DNA of 64,000 bases from Turneriella sp. (GCA_965279515.1 CBDIID010000003.1:3904001-3968000), one strand, 5' to 3'; counted from the stretch's first letter, positions 49,299 to 59,008 are shown. Numbers and translations: made by a program. The notes: generated from the letters alone by a model not told the origin.

Positions 49299-50165
49299 AT
49301 GTTAAACGAAAAACAGATGCGCCAGACGCCGACAAAACGCTCAGAACAGATTCTCGTGCGCAAGCCGCAGTGGACTTTTAAGGACCTCGTCGGGCAAAAG
49401 CCGCGGTCTGATTTCGGCCGCATGATGTTCGGCGCGATGAGCCTGGTTTTTCCCGAGGGCGAGCGCTTTTTTATCCGCGCCGTGAAACATTTCGCAGGGC
49501 AGATTAAAGACGAAAACCTTGCGCAGGATGTCAAAAATTTCATCGGCCAGGAAGCCCAACATGGCAAATTACACGAAACCTTCAATAAGGCTGTGCTCGG
49601 CCACGAATATGACATCGAACCCTTTTTGAAATGGTATAAATCCACGATGTTTGATTTTGTCGAAGAAAAAGCGACGCAGTTGCTCGGCAAAGAACTCGCT
49701 CTTTCGGTCACGGCCGCTGCTGAGCATTTTACCGCCACCTGGGCCGCGCATGGCTTGAGCTCAGGCTACCTCGAAGAGCATATCAAGAGCCAGGAACTGC
49801 TCGACTTCATGCAATGGCATGCCGTCGAAGAGATTGAGCACAAACATGTCGCCTTCGATGTGCTGCAGGAAATCAATGACGCTTATCTACTGCGCGTAGC
49901 GGGGATGCTCTTCTGCGCCGTGCTGTTGCCGTTCGTGATTTCAGCGGCATTCGTTTCCCTCGCGGCGCAGGCAAAGAATCTTGATATCTTGGCATTTTTC
50001 GGAGACGGTTTTGCTGAGGGCAAAAACGGCAGCATCATATCCTCGTTTTTGCCGGCGATTGTCGAATACCTGAAACCGGGGTTCCATCCCTCTGACCACG
50101 ACGACTATGCGCTGGCGCGCGGCGTGGCCGGGCGCATTGAAGCGCGCATGAAACAAGTTGCGTAA
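49299..50165 (+). CDS. Predicted metal-dependent hydrolase family (ferritin-like diiron motifs)
   Basis: FPEGERFF, QEAQH, AAEHFTA, WHAVEEIEHK; AGGAGA RBS. Confidence 0.85.
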   Translation: MLNEKQMRQTPTKRSEQILVRKPQWTFKDLVGQKPRSDFGRMMFGAMSLVFPEGERFFIRAVKHFAGQIKDENLAQDVKNFIGQEAQHGKLHETFNKAVLGHEYDIEPFLKWYKSTMFDFVEEKATQLLGKELALSVTAAAEHFTATWAAHGLSSGYLEEHIKSQELLDFMQWHAVEEIEHKHVAFDVLQEINDAYLLRVAGMLFCAVLLPFVISAAFVSLAAQAKNLDILAFFGDGFAEGKNGSIISSFLPAIVEYLKPGFHPSDHDDYALARGVAGRIEARMKQVA

Positions 50166-50175
50166 GGAGATCAAA

Positions 50176-51288
50176 ATGCCCACAAGACTACCTGTGCAAA
50201 CACCGGCGAATCGTGGATTCGCCTTAAATCCGGCCGAGCGCGTTGTGCGCATCAGCCGCTCGATCCGCATGTCAGACCGCTACCTGCGCCGGCATCACAC
50301 CATTCTCAATCGCCAGGATTTCCTGGGCTTTTCGATCTGGCTGGGCTCGATCGCTGGCATGATCGGCATGGCCGTACTGTACTTCTTCGGCCTTGTGCCG
50401 GCGTGGCCCGTGATTATCGTCAATGCGATTCTCGCTTCTTTGCTGCACGAACTTGAACACGATCTCATCCACAGTCTCTACTTCCGCGAAACGTGGATAG
50501 AGAAGATGATGATGTGGGGCGTGTGGATTTTCCGCCTCAATACACCAAGCCCGTTTTACCGTAAAAAAATCCACCTGCTGCACCACAAAGATTCCGGCCA
50601 GATGTCTGACATTGAAGAGCAGATGATCGGCAATGGTATGAAATGGGGCCTGAAGCGGATTATCACGATGCTCGACCAGGGGTTGGCGTTTCTCATCAAT
50701 GCTCACCGTGTAAAAAAGACTGCGCCTAAACTCAGCATGCTTGAAATGGCGAAGGCTGCATTTCCGTTTACGTATATGTATCAGGCAACTTCGCTCGTCT
50801 TCATCATCGGCAACCTCTATCTGCTACTCACGCCGCTTTTTAATCCCGCCTTTGCCGCATTCGCATGGTTTGTACAGGTGATGACCGTCGTGAATTTTCT
50901 CGCGGTGGTGATCGGTCTGCCGAATTTTATCCGCCAGGGCTCGCTGCAGATTATCTCGTCGAGCATGCACTATTTTGGCGATGTGAACCCCGATGCGAGT
51001 GTGGGCTTGCTCGAGCAGTGCCAGGTAATGACAGCGCGCTCATGGTACATGCTGCCATTCCAGCTGTTTTGCTTTAACTTTGGCAGCACGCATGGCATTC
51101 ACCACTTCATCGTCAACCAGCCGTTCTACCTGCGGCAGATCGGTGCGTCATATTCGCATGCGGCCATGAGAAAATACGGCGTGCGTTTCGATGATCACGG
51201 TAGCTTTGCGCGCGCGAACCGTTACCACCTCACCCCCCGACCCCCTCTCCACAATGTGGAGAGGGGGAGCGCTCTGGCGCGGGGGTGA
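50176..51288 (+). CDS. Membrane fatty-acid desaturase family protein
   Basis: Three His boxes HELEHDLIH, HLLHH, HGIHH; TAAGGAG RBS. Confidence 0.88.
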   Translation: MPTRLPVQTPANRGFALNPAERVVRISRSIRMSDRYLRRHHTILNRQDFLGFSIWLGSIAGMIGMAVLYFFGLVPAWPVIIVNAILASLLHELEHDLIHSLYFRETWIEKMMMWGVWIFRLNTPSPFYRKKIHLLHHKDSGQMSDIEEQMIGNGMKWGLKRIITMLDQGLAFLINAHRVKKTAPKLSMLEMAKAAFPFTYMYQATSLVFIIGNLYLLLTPLFNPAFAAFAWFVQVMTVVNFLAVVIGLPNFIRQGSLQIISSSMHYFGDVNPDASVGLLEQCQVMTARSWYMLPFQLFCFNFGSTHGIHHFIVNQPFYLRQIGASYSHAAMRKYGVRFDDHGSFARANRYHLTPRPPLHNVERGSALARG

Positions 51289-51294
51289 GGTGGT
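51224..51294. repeat. Nested palindromic (REP/MITE-like) element, 71 bp
   Basis: Outer 14-bp perfect IR ACCACCTCACCCCC/GGGGGTGAGGTGGT; inner 13-bp IR CCCCCTCTCCACA/TGTGGAGAGGGGG. Confidence 0.85.
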
Positions 51295-51871
51295 TTTGCA
51301 GGTCGTCAGGCGCCGCGCCGAGATTGAGGCACCCATCGAAGCGGTGCTGTCGCTCACGCTCGACGCCGAGCGTTACCCGGAGTTTGCCCCTTCGATTGCC
51401 TCAACGAAACTGCTCTGGCACGATCAGGCGAGCCGCAAGTACTTGATCCGCTATGAGTCGGTGATTCCCGTAATTCAGAAGACGGCAGTCTCGGAGCAAG
51501 AGGTGCACTATGACATTGCTCAGACGACATTCCACTTCCGCGAAACCAAGGGCACTTTCGGCCGCTTCGAGGGCTACCGCAAGCTCATCAGCCTTGAGGG
51601 TAACCGCTCGGCTATCGAGTCCGAGGTGCGCTATTCCTTTGGCGGCAACAAACTCGTGGCGGCGCTGGTGAATAAGGCGACGCAGAGCCTTGTCGAAACC
51701 AACCTCATGCACATCCAGGAAGGCATCAAGCGCCTCGCCGAAGGGGGTAAGGCCGACCCTCTGCAATTAGTCCTCGATAAACTCGAGGTCACCCCGCAAA
51801 TGCTGATTGAGCAGGGGGTGAAGCGGGAAATCCTAATAGGCTATGGAATTACGGCACCGGTATTTGTTTGA
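51290..51871 (+). CDS. SRPBCC/START (polyketide cyclase-like) lipid-binding protein
   Basis: IEAPIEAVLSL..DAERYPEF.P, GTFGRFEG; GTG start just after the desaturase stop. Confidence 0.78.
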   Translation: MVLQVVRRRAEIEAPIEAVLSLTLDAERYPEFAPSIASTKLLWHDQASRKYLIRYESVIPVIQKTAVSEQEVHYDIAQTTFHFRETKGTFGRFEGYRKLISLEGNRSAIESEVRYSFGGNKLVAALVNKATQSLVETNLMHIQEGIKRLAEGGKADPLQLVLDKLEVTPQMLIEQGVKREILIGYGITAPVFV

Positions 51872-51911
51872 TTTTTTGGCCTTTAAGGCCTCTTTAGGCT
51901 AATTTATCTGT

Positions 51912-52076
51912 ATGCGAGTCGAAGAAGCGAATAACAACCATGTGAACGTCGGCCGCGCGATTTACGAATCACAGCAAGCCGCCGCAAAAGAGGCGCAAAA
52001 CAAGATAGAGCCCGTACAAAAAGACCAGCCTGCACAGGCTACCGGTACTGCCTCGGCCGTCGACACTTACGCATAA
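51912..52076 (+). CDS. Small hypothetical protein (54 aa), absent from the ORF track
   Basis: Hand translation MRVEEANNNHVNVGRAIYESQQAAAKEAQNKIEPVQKDQPAQATGTASAVDTYA*; fills the intergenic gap. Confidence 0.55.
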   Translation: MRVEEANNNHVNVGRAIYESQQAAAKEAQNKIEPVQKDQPAQATGTASAVDTYA

Positions 52077-52175
52077 TTGAGCTGCGCGGAGTGCCTTTTA
52101 AGAAGCGGTCAGCCCGTTTCTTGCTTCGCGGCAGATTTCCTCTTTAATAAACGCGGCAGAAGCCGAAAATAGACT

Positions 52176-52982
52176 ATGGCCGTAGATCAGGCGACAAAAA
52201 AACTCTACAACGAGCGCATCGGAGCGCACAAAACCGAGATTTCAGAGCACGAGAAAGAGCTTTCTGCCTATAAGAAAGCCATGATGTCGAACAAGAAACT
52301 GAAGCCGTTTTTCCACCTCGGTAATTGTGCCCAGAACATCGAAATCATCCGCCTGCAGATGGAGATGAATGAAATCTCCGAACAGATGATGCAGGTGAAG
52401 AATAACTCGTTCCTCGACAATGCGCGCAAGAACCTCTATAAGATCTTCGCCGATCTCGATGCCGCGGTTAAGGGTGATGTCGACGAACCGATCGATTTTA
52501 ACCGCGACGAACTCGACAAAATTGTCCCGTTTACCCCCAAGCAGCGCCTGAACCTCTACCGCCATATACGGCGCGCGATCGAAAAACTGATCGCGGCATA
52601 CGGGCCCAATACCAAGTGGATATGGTCATTTCCCGAGCTCTTTGCCAAGAGCGCGAACCTCGGCAAGAACCTGATCGATTTCCGCGAGGTGCAGTCGAAG
52701 CGCGACCCGCGCGAAGAGTTTTTCTACGACCGCAAAGAAATGGTACAGCATGTCGTCGACGACCTCATGGACGCCTCGAACCGTTACCGCGATAAGTACG
52801 AGATTTCGACAAAGGCGACGGGCGATCTCATTATGGCGATCAAGCTTTTGGATGGCCTGCGTCGGGTGGCTCTTGTAACCAAAGATGATGCTCTCGCTGC
52901 AAAGGCGAAGACTGGTATCGATTCGTACAAAGCCCGCATCGAAGCCGAAAAAGACGAGAAAAAGGTACCGCCGAAGAAGTAG
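52176..52982 (+). CDS. Hypothetical alpha-helical protein
   Basis: 268-aa ORF with host-like codon usage; no motif recognised. Confidence 0.75.
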   Translation: MAVDQATKKLYNERIGAHKTEISEHEKELSAYKKAMMSNKKLKPFFHLGNCAQNIEIIRLQMEMNEISEQMMQVKNNSFLDNARKNLYKIFADLDAAVKGDVDEPIDFNRDELDKIVPFTPKQRLNLYRHIRRAIEKLIAAYGPNTKWIWSFPELFAKSANLGKNLIDFREVQSKRDPREEFFYDRKEMVQHVVDDLMDASNRYRDKYEISTKATGDLIMAIKLLDGLRRVALVTKDDALAAKAKTGIDSYKARIEAEKDEKKVPPKK

Positions 52983-53003
52983 CACGCGTCAGCCGGCGGA
53001 AAA

Positions 53004-54548
53004 ATGAAAAAATTTCAATCCGGCTGGTGGATGGCGTTTTTCTATAATTCCGTACCGATAGTGTCGAATGCCTTTGTGCTGTTCGTTTCAAATTTCGTCA
53101 TTGGCTCCTTGCTTTATGATCAGGTAAATCAGGAGATTTTTCGCAAAACAATTTTAGAAAACGCGCGCTATAGTTTCTTCGTCAATATTCTGCCTTTTCC
53201 TGTCATCATGGCGGGTATTGTTTTTGTCTCTTATCCCGCGTTTCGGATTTTTTCCCGCGACCAGGGCGATGCGCGCTACCAGCTGGGATTGCGTCGTATA
53301 TTGAACGCACCCTTTAATATCGGTCTTTGGAGCCTATTCGGTTGGATCTACGGCAACCTGACAGCCCGGGTTATCTATGCCGTCGAAGGTATTCCCCAGG
53401 GTGGTATTGTCTTACTGCGTGTATTTGGAATCTCAACTGTTTCAGGGTTGTTGAATTTTGTTCTGAATTATTACCTGTTGACGTTGATCAACCGGCGATT
53501 TTATATTCCGGTTTTTTTTCCGAATGGTGGTCTCAAAGACGTACCCGGCGTCCGCAATCTCTCCCTGCGATTCAATCTGGAAATCTTCGTGCTTGCGGTT
53601 GCAACCGGACCGATTTTAATTTTAGGTTTGAGCCTGCTCAATATGCAAGGGTTGATAGGATTCGAAAACCGTCCGCCTTACTCAACGAGTATCGGGCTTA
53701 TTCTGGGGTTGGTGGCCCTTGGCATTTTTATGAGTACCCTGCTCGCACGTTCTTTGCGGCGACCTTTGAGTAATATGCGCAACGCCGCACAAACTATCCA
53801 GGGCGGAGACTATTCTGTGAAGCTGCCGGTCGACACCACCGACGAAGTCGGCGATCTTGCACTCAGCATCAATGAAATGGCGATCAGCCTTGCCGAGAAA
53901 GAAAAGATCAAGGAATCCTTTGGCCGCGCCGTCGACCCGCGTGTGCGCGACTATCTGCTCGAACGCGGCGGTGAAATGGGCGGCTTCGAGGTTGAGGCGA
54001 CGATCCTGTTCAGTGACATCCGCGGCTTTACCAGTTTTTCAGAATCCCACTCGGCGCCGGAAGTCGTGGCATGGCTCAATACCTATTTCGAACGTATGGC
54101 CGAGTGCGTACGCGAACACGGCGGCATTGTGAATAAGTATGTCGGCGACGCCATTCTTGCGGTATTCAATGCGCCGCTGCCGCTGGCGAACCATACACAG
54201 GCTGGCGTCGATTGCGCTTTCCGCATGCTCGAAAAGCTCGATGAACTGAACCATGAGCTGCGCGAAAAGGGCATTCCTGAGATCCACATCGGCATTGGTC
54301 TTCATACGGGCAGCGTCGTTGCCGGCAATATCGGCAGCCGCGACCGCCAGGAATTCACTGTCATCGGCGATACCGTCAATACCGCTTCGCGGATCGAAAG
54401 TCTCTGCAAAAAGTTTCAGGCGCCGCTTTTGGTGAGCGAAGCGATCTTCAGCGCGGTGGGGGCAAACTCCGCTTTAAGGAAGCTGGGGTTTGCCCGGGTG
54501 AAGGGTAAAGCCGGTGAGCTGACAATCTATGGCTTAAAGGCGGGGTAA
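53004..54548 (+). CDS. Membrane adenylate/guanylate cyclase with HAMP domain
   Basis: Six TMs, HAMP, ILFSDIRGFT, KYVGDA, GIGLHTG, FTVIGDTVNTASRIE. Confidence 0.93.
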   Translation: MKKFQSGWWMAFFYNSVPIVSNAFVLFVSNFVIGSLLYDQVNQEIFRKTILENARYSFFVNILPFPVIMAGIVFVSYPAFRIFSRDQGDARYQLGLRRILNAPFNIGLWSLFGWIYGNLTARVIYAVEGIPQGGIVLLRVFGISTVSGLLNFVLNYYLLTLINRRFYIPVFFPNGGLKDVPGVRNLSLRFNLEIFVLAVATGPILILGLSLLNMQGLIGFENRPPYSTSIGLILGLVALGIFMSTLLARSLRRPLSNMRNAAQTIQGGDYSVKLPVDTTDEVGDLALSINEMAISLAEKEKIKESFGRAVDPRVRDYLLERGGEMGGFEVEATILFSDIRGFTSFSESHSAPEVVAWLNTYFERMAECVREHGGIVNKYVGDAILAVFNAPLPLANHTQAGVDCAFRMLEKLDELNHELREKGIPEIHIGIGLHTGSVVAGNIGSRDRQEFTVIGDTVNTASRIESLCKKFQAPLLVSEAIFSAVGANSALRKLGFARVKGKAGELTIYGLKAG

Positions 54549-54602
54549 ATCCCACCGGGCAAAAAACCCTTGACGGAGGAAAAGAATCTCGCGGCAAAAT
54601 CT

Positions 54603-55070
54603 ATGGTGATCTTGCCACGTTCTTTTTTTGCCACACTTCTCTGCAGCGCCTTTTTATTCTCGGGGTTGTTAACTGCCGCGGGGGAGAATCCAGTAGAGGC
54701 TCCCGAAATTTCGTGGAAGACGCTGCGCGGTTATAATCTCAAAACCGGTAAAATGTCAGAGATGCTGACCAAGCTCAACGGCAAGGCGATCAAAATTCCC
54801 GGCTTCATGGTGCCGCTCGACGACATGGAATATGAATCGGTGGGGCGTTTTCTGCTCGTGCCCGACCCCCAGGCATGTATTCACGTACCGCCGCCACCCG
54901 CAAACCAGATGATCTACGTCGTGATGGAAAATAAAAAAAAGGCACCGGTGACCTGGGGTATGCCGGTCGTGCTGATGGGTAAGCTCAAGGTGAAATCGAT
55001 TCGTTCGCAGTTCGGCGTCGTTTCTTTTCAGGTCGCGGGCGAACTCGTGAAGCCCTATACAGGGAAGTGA
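54603..55070 (+). CDS. DUF3299-family protein
   Basis: Signal peptide; IKIPGFMVPL, FLLVP..ACIHVPPPPANQMIYV. Confidence 0.85.
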   Translation: MVILPRSFFATLLCSAFLFSGLLTAAGENPVEAPEISWKTLRGYNLKTGKMSEMLTKLNGKAIKIPGFMVPLDDMEYESVGRFLLVPDPQACIHVPPPPANQMIYVVMENKKKAPVTWGMPVVLMGKLKVKSIRSQFGVVSFQVAGELVKPYTGK

Positions 55071-55783
55071 TGGCGAAGGGCAGGGCAACCAGGGCAAAAG
55101 GCACTTCGCCGGCAATTCATCTCCAGCGTGTCGGCTTCCGTTATGGTACGCAGCCGGTGCTCGACATCGGTGAGCTTAAAATTCCTGCCGGTGCACATAC
55201 GCTGATCTACGGTGAAAGCGGCTGCGGCAAGAGCACGCTCATGAATCTCTTGTCGGGCATTCTCACCGGGCATACCGGGCTGCTCGAAGTGCTCGGGACA
55301 GACTACGCGGGCATGAAAGCCACGCGCCACGACCGGTTTCGTGCGCAGAATCTTGCGGTGATCTTTCAGCAGTTCAATCTGATTCCTTATCTTACCGTGA
55401 GCGAAAATGTTTTACTCGGCGCAAAGCTTGCGGGTAAACATGCGGATCTATCGCAGATGGAGAAAATTCTCGATCATTTGCAGATCTCTGCTCTCTCTCA
55501 GCAACGCGCGGTATCGCTCAGCCACGGCCAGCAGCAACGCGTTGCTGCGGCGCGCGCGCTTGTGGCGCGTGCGTCGATCATTCTCGCCGATGAACCGACG
55601 AGCGCACTCGACGAACTCAATGCCCGGCTGTTTCTCGACCTATTGTTCCGCGAGGCTGAGGAAAATAACACGACAATTGTTGTCGTCTCACACGATCTGC
55701 GGCATAAAAAACGTTTCGATCAGGTGATTGATCTGACGAAGATCAACAAAGTCGTGAAAACCGGAAGGGGCAGGGCAGCGTGA
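55067..55783 (+). CDS. ABC transporter ATP-binding protein (LolD/MacB-like)
   Basis: GESGCGKST, LSHGQQQRV, ILADEPT, VSHD. Confidence 0.92.
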   Translation: MMAKGRATRAKGTSPAIHLQRVGFRYGTQPVLDIGELKIPAGAHTLIYGESGCGKSTLMNLLSGILTGHTGLLEVLGTDYAGMKATRHDRFRAQNLAVIFQQFNLIPYLTVSENVLLGAKLAGKHADLSQMEKILDHLQISALSQQRAVSLSHGQQQRVAAARALVARASIILADEPTSALDELNARLFLDLLFREAEENNTTIVVVSHDLRHKKRFDQVIDLTKINKVVKTGRGRAA

Positions 55784-57021
55784 TTCGGCTCGTTCTCGCC
55801 TCGCTGGCAAACCGCAAAGCCATAGCGTTTCTGACAGCGCTCTCTGTCGCCCTCAGCGTATTTCTTTTTGCCGGCGTTGAAAAACTCAGGCACGGGGCGC
55901 GCGCAAGTTTTACCCATACGGTAAGCGGCACGCACATCATTGCGGGTGCGCGCTCAGGGCAGATACCGCTGCTGTTGTTTTCACTCTTCCACATCGGTTC
56001 GCCCACGAGCAATATTTCGTACAAATCTTACCTGAAATACAAAAGGCATCCGTCGGTTGCCTGGGCCGTACCGGTTTCGATCGGTGACAGCCACCGCGGT
56101 TTCCGGGTTGTCGGTACCGACGATAGCATCTTCTCGCATTACCAATACGGTAATGGCCAAAAACTACGTGTCGCCGCCGGTGAGCTCAGCCTCAGCCGTT
56201 TTCGCGCTGTGCTCGGCAGTACTGCGGCGCGTGAACTCAGGTACAAAGCGGGTGATAAGCTGGTGCTGACCCATGGTATCAGTGATGTGCAGGGCATCCA
56301 CGACCATGATGAAAATCCCTTTGTTGTTTCGGGGGTGCTCGAACCTACGGGGACGCCCTTCGATAAAGGTATCTACGTCTCCCTGGAAAGCGTCGAACTC
56401 ATGCACGAAGCCGAAAGCCACGGGGACGAGAAAAGCGGCGAACATGCGGATGATAAACCCGTGCGCATTGAAAAACTCACCAGCTTTCTCGTTGGTGTCA
56501 GAGAACCGGTGGATATCCTGCCTTTGATGCGTGCCATCAACGAGGATGAAAATGAGCCATTGACGGCTATTTTACCGGGTGTCGTCTTAAGCGAGATCTG
56601 GAATGTCATGGGTTATCTCGAGAACATTCTGAAACTTGTTTCGGTGCTCGTTATGCTGACCGCGCTCTGCGGCCTCTTTATCGCCCTCTATGCCTCGCTC
56701 GCCGAGCGTTACCGCGAGATGGCCATTCTGCGCTCGCTGGGCGCGGCCCCCGCCAAGATCGCGTCGCTGCTGATCACCGAAAGTCTGATACTGACCCTGG
56801 GTGGATTGCTCCTGGGGTACGTGCTATTGTTCCTTGCAACGACTGTTTTCCATTCGGCGTTGCTGCGTTCTTTTTCCGTCGCGATCGGCGTTTTTCCCCT
56901 TACCGGCCAGGAAACAATTTTCCTTGCCGTTCTGATTGTCACAGGTACGGTCGTCGCCATGATCCCGGCTTACATACTCTATCGCCGCGCGCTCAGCGAA
57001 GGGCTTCAGGTTACAAAATAA
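55780..57021 (+). CDS. ABC transporter permease (FtsX/MacB-like)
   Basis: GDSHRGFRVVGT, ERYREMAILRSLGA, four TMs, His-containing periplasmic loop. Confidence 0.9.
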   Translation: MIRLVLASLANRKAIAFLTALSVALSVFLFAGVEKLRHGARASFTHTVSGTHIIAGARSGQIPLLLFSLFHIGSPTSNISYKSYLKYKRHPSVAWAVPVSIGDSHRGFRVVGTDDSIFSHYQYGNGQKLRVAAGELSLSRFRAVLGSTAARELRYKAGDKLVLTHGISDVQGIHDHDENPFVVSGVLEPTGTPFDKGIYVSLESVELMHEAESHGDEKSGEHADDKPVRIEKLTSFLVGVREPVDILPLMRAINEDENEPLTAILPGVVLSEIWNVMGYLENILKLVSVLVMLTALCGLFIALYASLAERYREMAILRSLGAAPAKIASLLITESLILTLGGLLLGYVLLFLATTVFHSALLRSFSVAIGVFPLTGQETIFLAVLIVTGTVVAMIPAYILYRRALSEGLQVTK

Positions 57022-57698
57022 TGGGCCGCCGGACTCTCGAAAAAGAGCGCGAACTCGACCCCCAGGTCCGCAGCGAATACATGGCACGGCTGATGCCGTT
57101 CTTCGTCGAGAAAGGCATGTCGATGCATAGCATGGACGACATTGTGCAATACCTCGAAATCAGTAAGGCGACATTTTACCGCCACTTCCGCTCGCGTGAC
57201 GAACTTTTTGAGCTGTTTATCGACTACGTGGTCGATAAAATTCTTTCATCGCGTGTTTTTCTGCACAACAAGGCATTGCCCTATGAAGAGCGTTACCTGC
57301 TCACCTTCGCGGCGATTCTACATGAACTGGGCGGCATGGGGTTCACCCTCATGTCAGACCTGCGGTATAGCCTGCTGCCGCTGTGGGATAAAATACGCGG
57401 TACGTATACGATCTGGGAAGCGGAGCTGAACGTCTTCTTTAAAGAAGGCATCGCCAGCGGCTATGTACATGACGTGAATCCCTCTATTCTCGCGCACATG
57501 ATTATTCTGTTTTTCAGGGAGCTCATGACACCCGAGTACCTGCAGTCGCTCAAGATGACGCTCGCCGAGGCATTTATGGCGACATTTCGTATCCAGATCC
57601 GCAGCATCGTCAAAGACCCGAATTTTTCATTCGAAACCATCGAAGAGCGCATGCGCACTACTTTCCCTGAACTCGAAAAATTATTTAACAAAATGTAG
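57021..57698 (+). CDS. TetR/AcrR-family transcriptional regulator
   Basis: SMDDIVQYLEISKATFYRHFRSRDEL HTH. Confidence 0.9.
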   Translation: MGRRTLEKERELDPQVRSEYMARLMPFFVEKGMSMHSMDDIVQYLEISKATFYRHFRSRDELFELFIDYVVDKILSSRVFLHNKALPYEERYLLTFAAILHELGGMGFTLMSDLRYSLLPLWDKIRGTYTIWEAELNVFFKEGIASGYVHDVNPSILAHMIILFFRELMTPEYLQSLKMTLAEAFMATFRIQIRSIVKDPNFSFETIEERMRTTFPELEKLFNKM

Positions 57699-57713
57699 GT
57701 GGCCGAGTCGACC

Positions 57714-57738
57714 AAAAAAAAGCCCCTTGCGGGGCTTT
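57714..57738 (-). terminator. Rho-independent terminator for rpmI-rplT (possibly bidirectional)
   Basis: Minus strand AAAGCCCC-GCAA-GGGGCTTTTTTTT. Confidence 0.8.
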
Positions 57739-57795
57739 CATCACGGGAGGAAATTCAAAAAAACTATTTGGTTAGCCGAAATCCCCTGATTTTTC

Positions 57796-58143
57796 TTATG
57801 CGGCTTTAGCGATACGTACGACTTCTTTAAAAGCCACCGGATCGATCACCGCCATTTCGCTCAGGCTCTTGCGGTTGAGCGCGATTTTAGCCTTGATGAC
57901 GCCTGCCATAAACTTGCTATAGCTGATGCCTTCGGGGCGAACCGCTGCATTGATGCGGGCAATCCAAAGAACGCGGAAATGGCGTTTCCTTTGTTTGCGG
58001 TCGCGGAACGCCCACATGTCAGCCTTGAGCGCGGCGTCTTTTGCCGTGCGGTAAAGGCGACGGCGACCGGCTCTGAAGCCCTTGGTGCGTTTGAGTATTT
58101 TCTTACGACGATTTTTGTGTATGGTACCGTTTGTGGCGCGCAT
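57796..58143 (-). CDS. rplT: 50S ribosomal protein L20
   Basis: KGFRAGR, AFRDRKQRKRHFRVLWIARINAA, LNRKSLSEMA. Confidence 0.98.
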   Translation of the reverse strand: MRATNGTIHKNRRKKILKRTKGFRAGRRRLYRTAKDAALKADMWAFRDRKQRKRHFRVLWIARINAAVRPEGISYSKFMAGVIKAKIALNRKSLSEMAVIDPVAFKEVVRIAKAA

Positions 58144-58160
58144 GGTGTTCCCTTAATTGC

Positions 58161-58358
58161 TTACTTGATGCCTAAAAGGCGGCGTACGCGGCCTTCGTCA
58201 GCTTCATGCACGTAACCGGCCTTAGCGAGGTTATTTTTGCGTTTCGCGGATTTTTTTGTCAGAATGTGGTTCTTACCCGCTTTGGTTCTTTTAATCTTAC
58301 CTTTGGCGGAGACGCGAAAACGCTTTTTCGCGGCCTTATTGGTCTTCTTGCCGTGCAT
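58161..58358 (-). CDS. rpmI: 50S ribosomal protein L35
   Basis: KTNKAAKKRF..GKIKR..HILTKKS.KRK. Confidence 0.96.
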   Translation of the reverse strand: MHGKKTNKAAKKRFRVSAKGKIKRTKAGKNHILTKKSAKRKNNLAKAGYVHEADEGRVRRLLGIK

Positions 58359-58420
58359 CCGCCAAAATTGGATTTTCAGACACAGCGTCAATATGAATGA
58401 GGATTTAAGGTGGCTGAAAC

Positions 58421-59008
58421 ATGGAGTCGTATTTTTGGGTGTTTTTGCCGTCTGACCCGGCCCAGGGCCAGGTTCGTGCGGTGCAAACAGAGCTGCATGA
58501 CCGTTTTGGGCTAAAAAAAGCCCTGCTGCCCCCCGTCCATATTTCCTTTCCCGCCGAAGCGCCCGTGCCGCCGGATCAGGTTGCCCGGTTATTGGAAATT
58601 TCGCTTTCCTTTGCCCGGCGCTCTGGGCCGATTCCCGTCGAACTGACAGGCTTTCAAGCCTTTGGAAACCGGACGATTTCGCTCAAAGTCAGGGATAATG
58701 AGCCCTTCCGCAGTTTTTGGCGCCCGTTTCGGGCAAAGCTCATGGCCGAGTTCGGCTTTTCGGCCAAAGCTGTGGAATCGACAGTCAACCCGCATGTCAC
58801 GGTGGCCTTCCGCGATCTGACCCCGGAGATATTTGCGATACTCTGGCCTGAGCTCAGGGATCGCAGTTTTCATGCCAGCTTTGTACTCCATGCACTGCAC
58901 CTCTATAAGTATGGCCCCTATCGCAGATGGATTCACATCGCGGAGCTGCCGCTTTCAGGGGAAAATGTGGCGTCAGACAGTCAAGGGACGCTATTTCAAA
59001 TACCTTGA
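58421..59008 (+). CDS. 2H phosphoesterase (2'-5' RNA ligase family)
   Basis: Two HxS/T motifs, HISF and PHVTV. Confidence 0.82.
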   Translation: MESYFWVFLPSDPAQGQVRAVQTELHDRFGLKKALLPPVHISFPAEAPVPPDQVARLLEISLSFARRSGPIPVELTGFQAFGNRTISLKVRDNEPFRSFWRPFRAKLMAEFGFSAKAVESTVNPHVTVAFRDLTPEIFAILWPELRDRSFHASFVLHALHLYKYGPYRRWIHIAELPLSGENVASDSQGTLFQIP

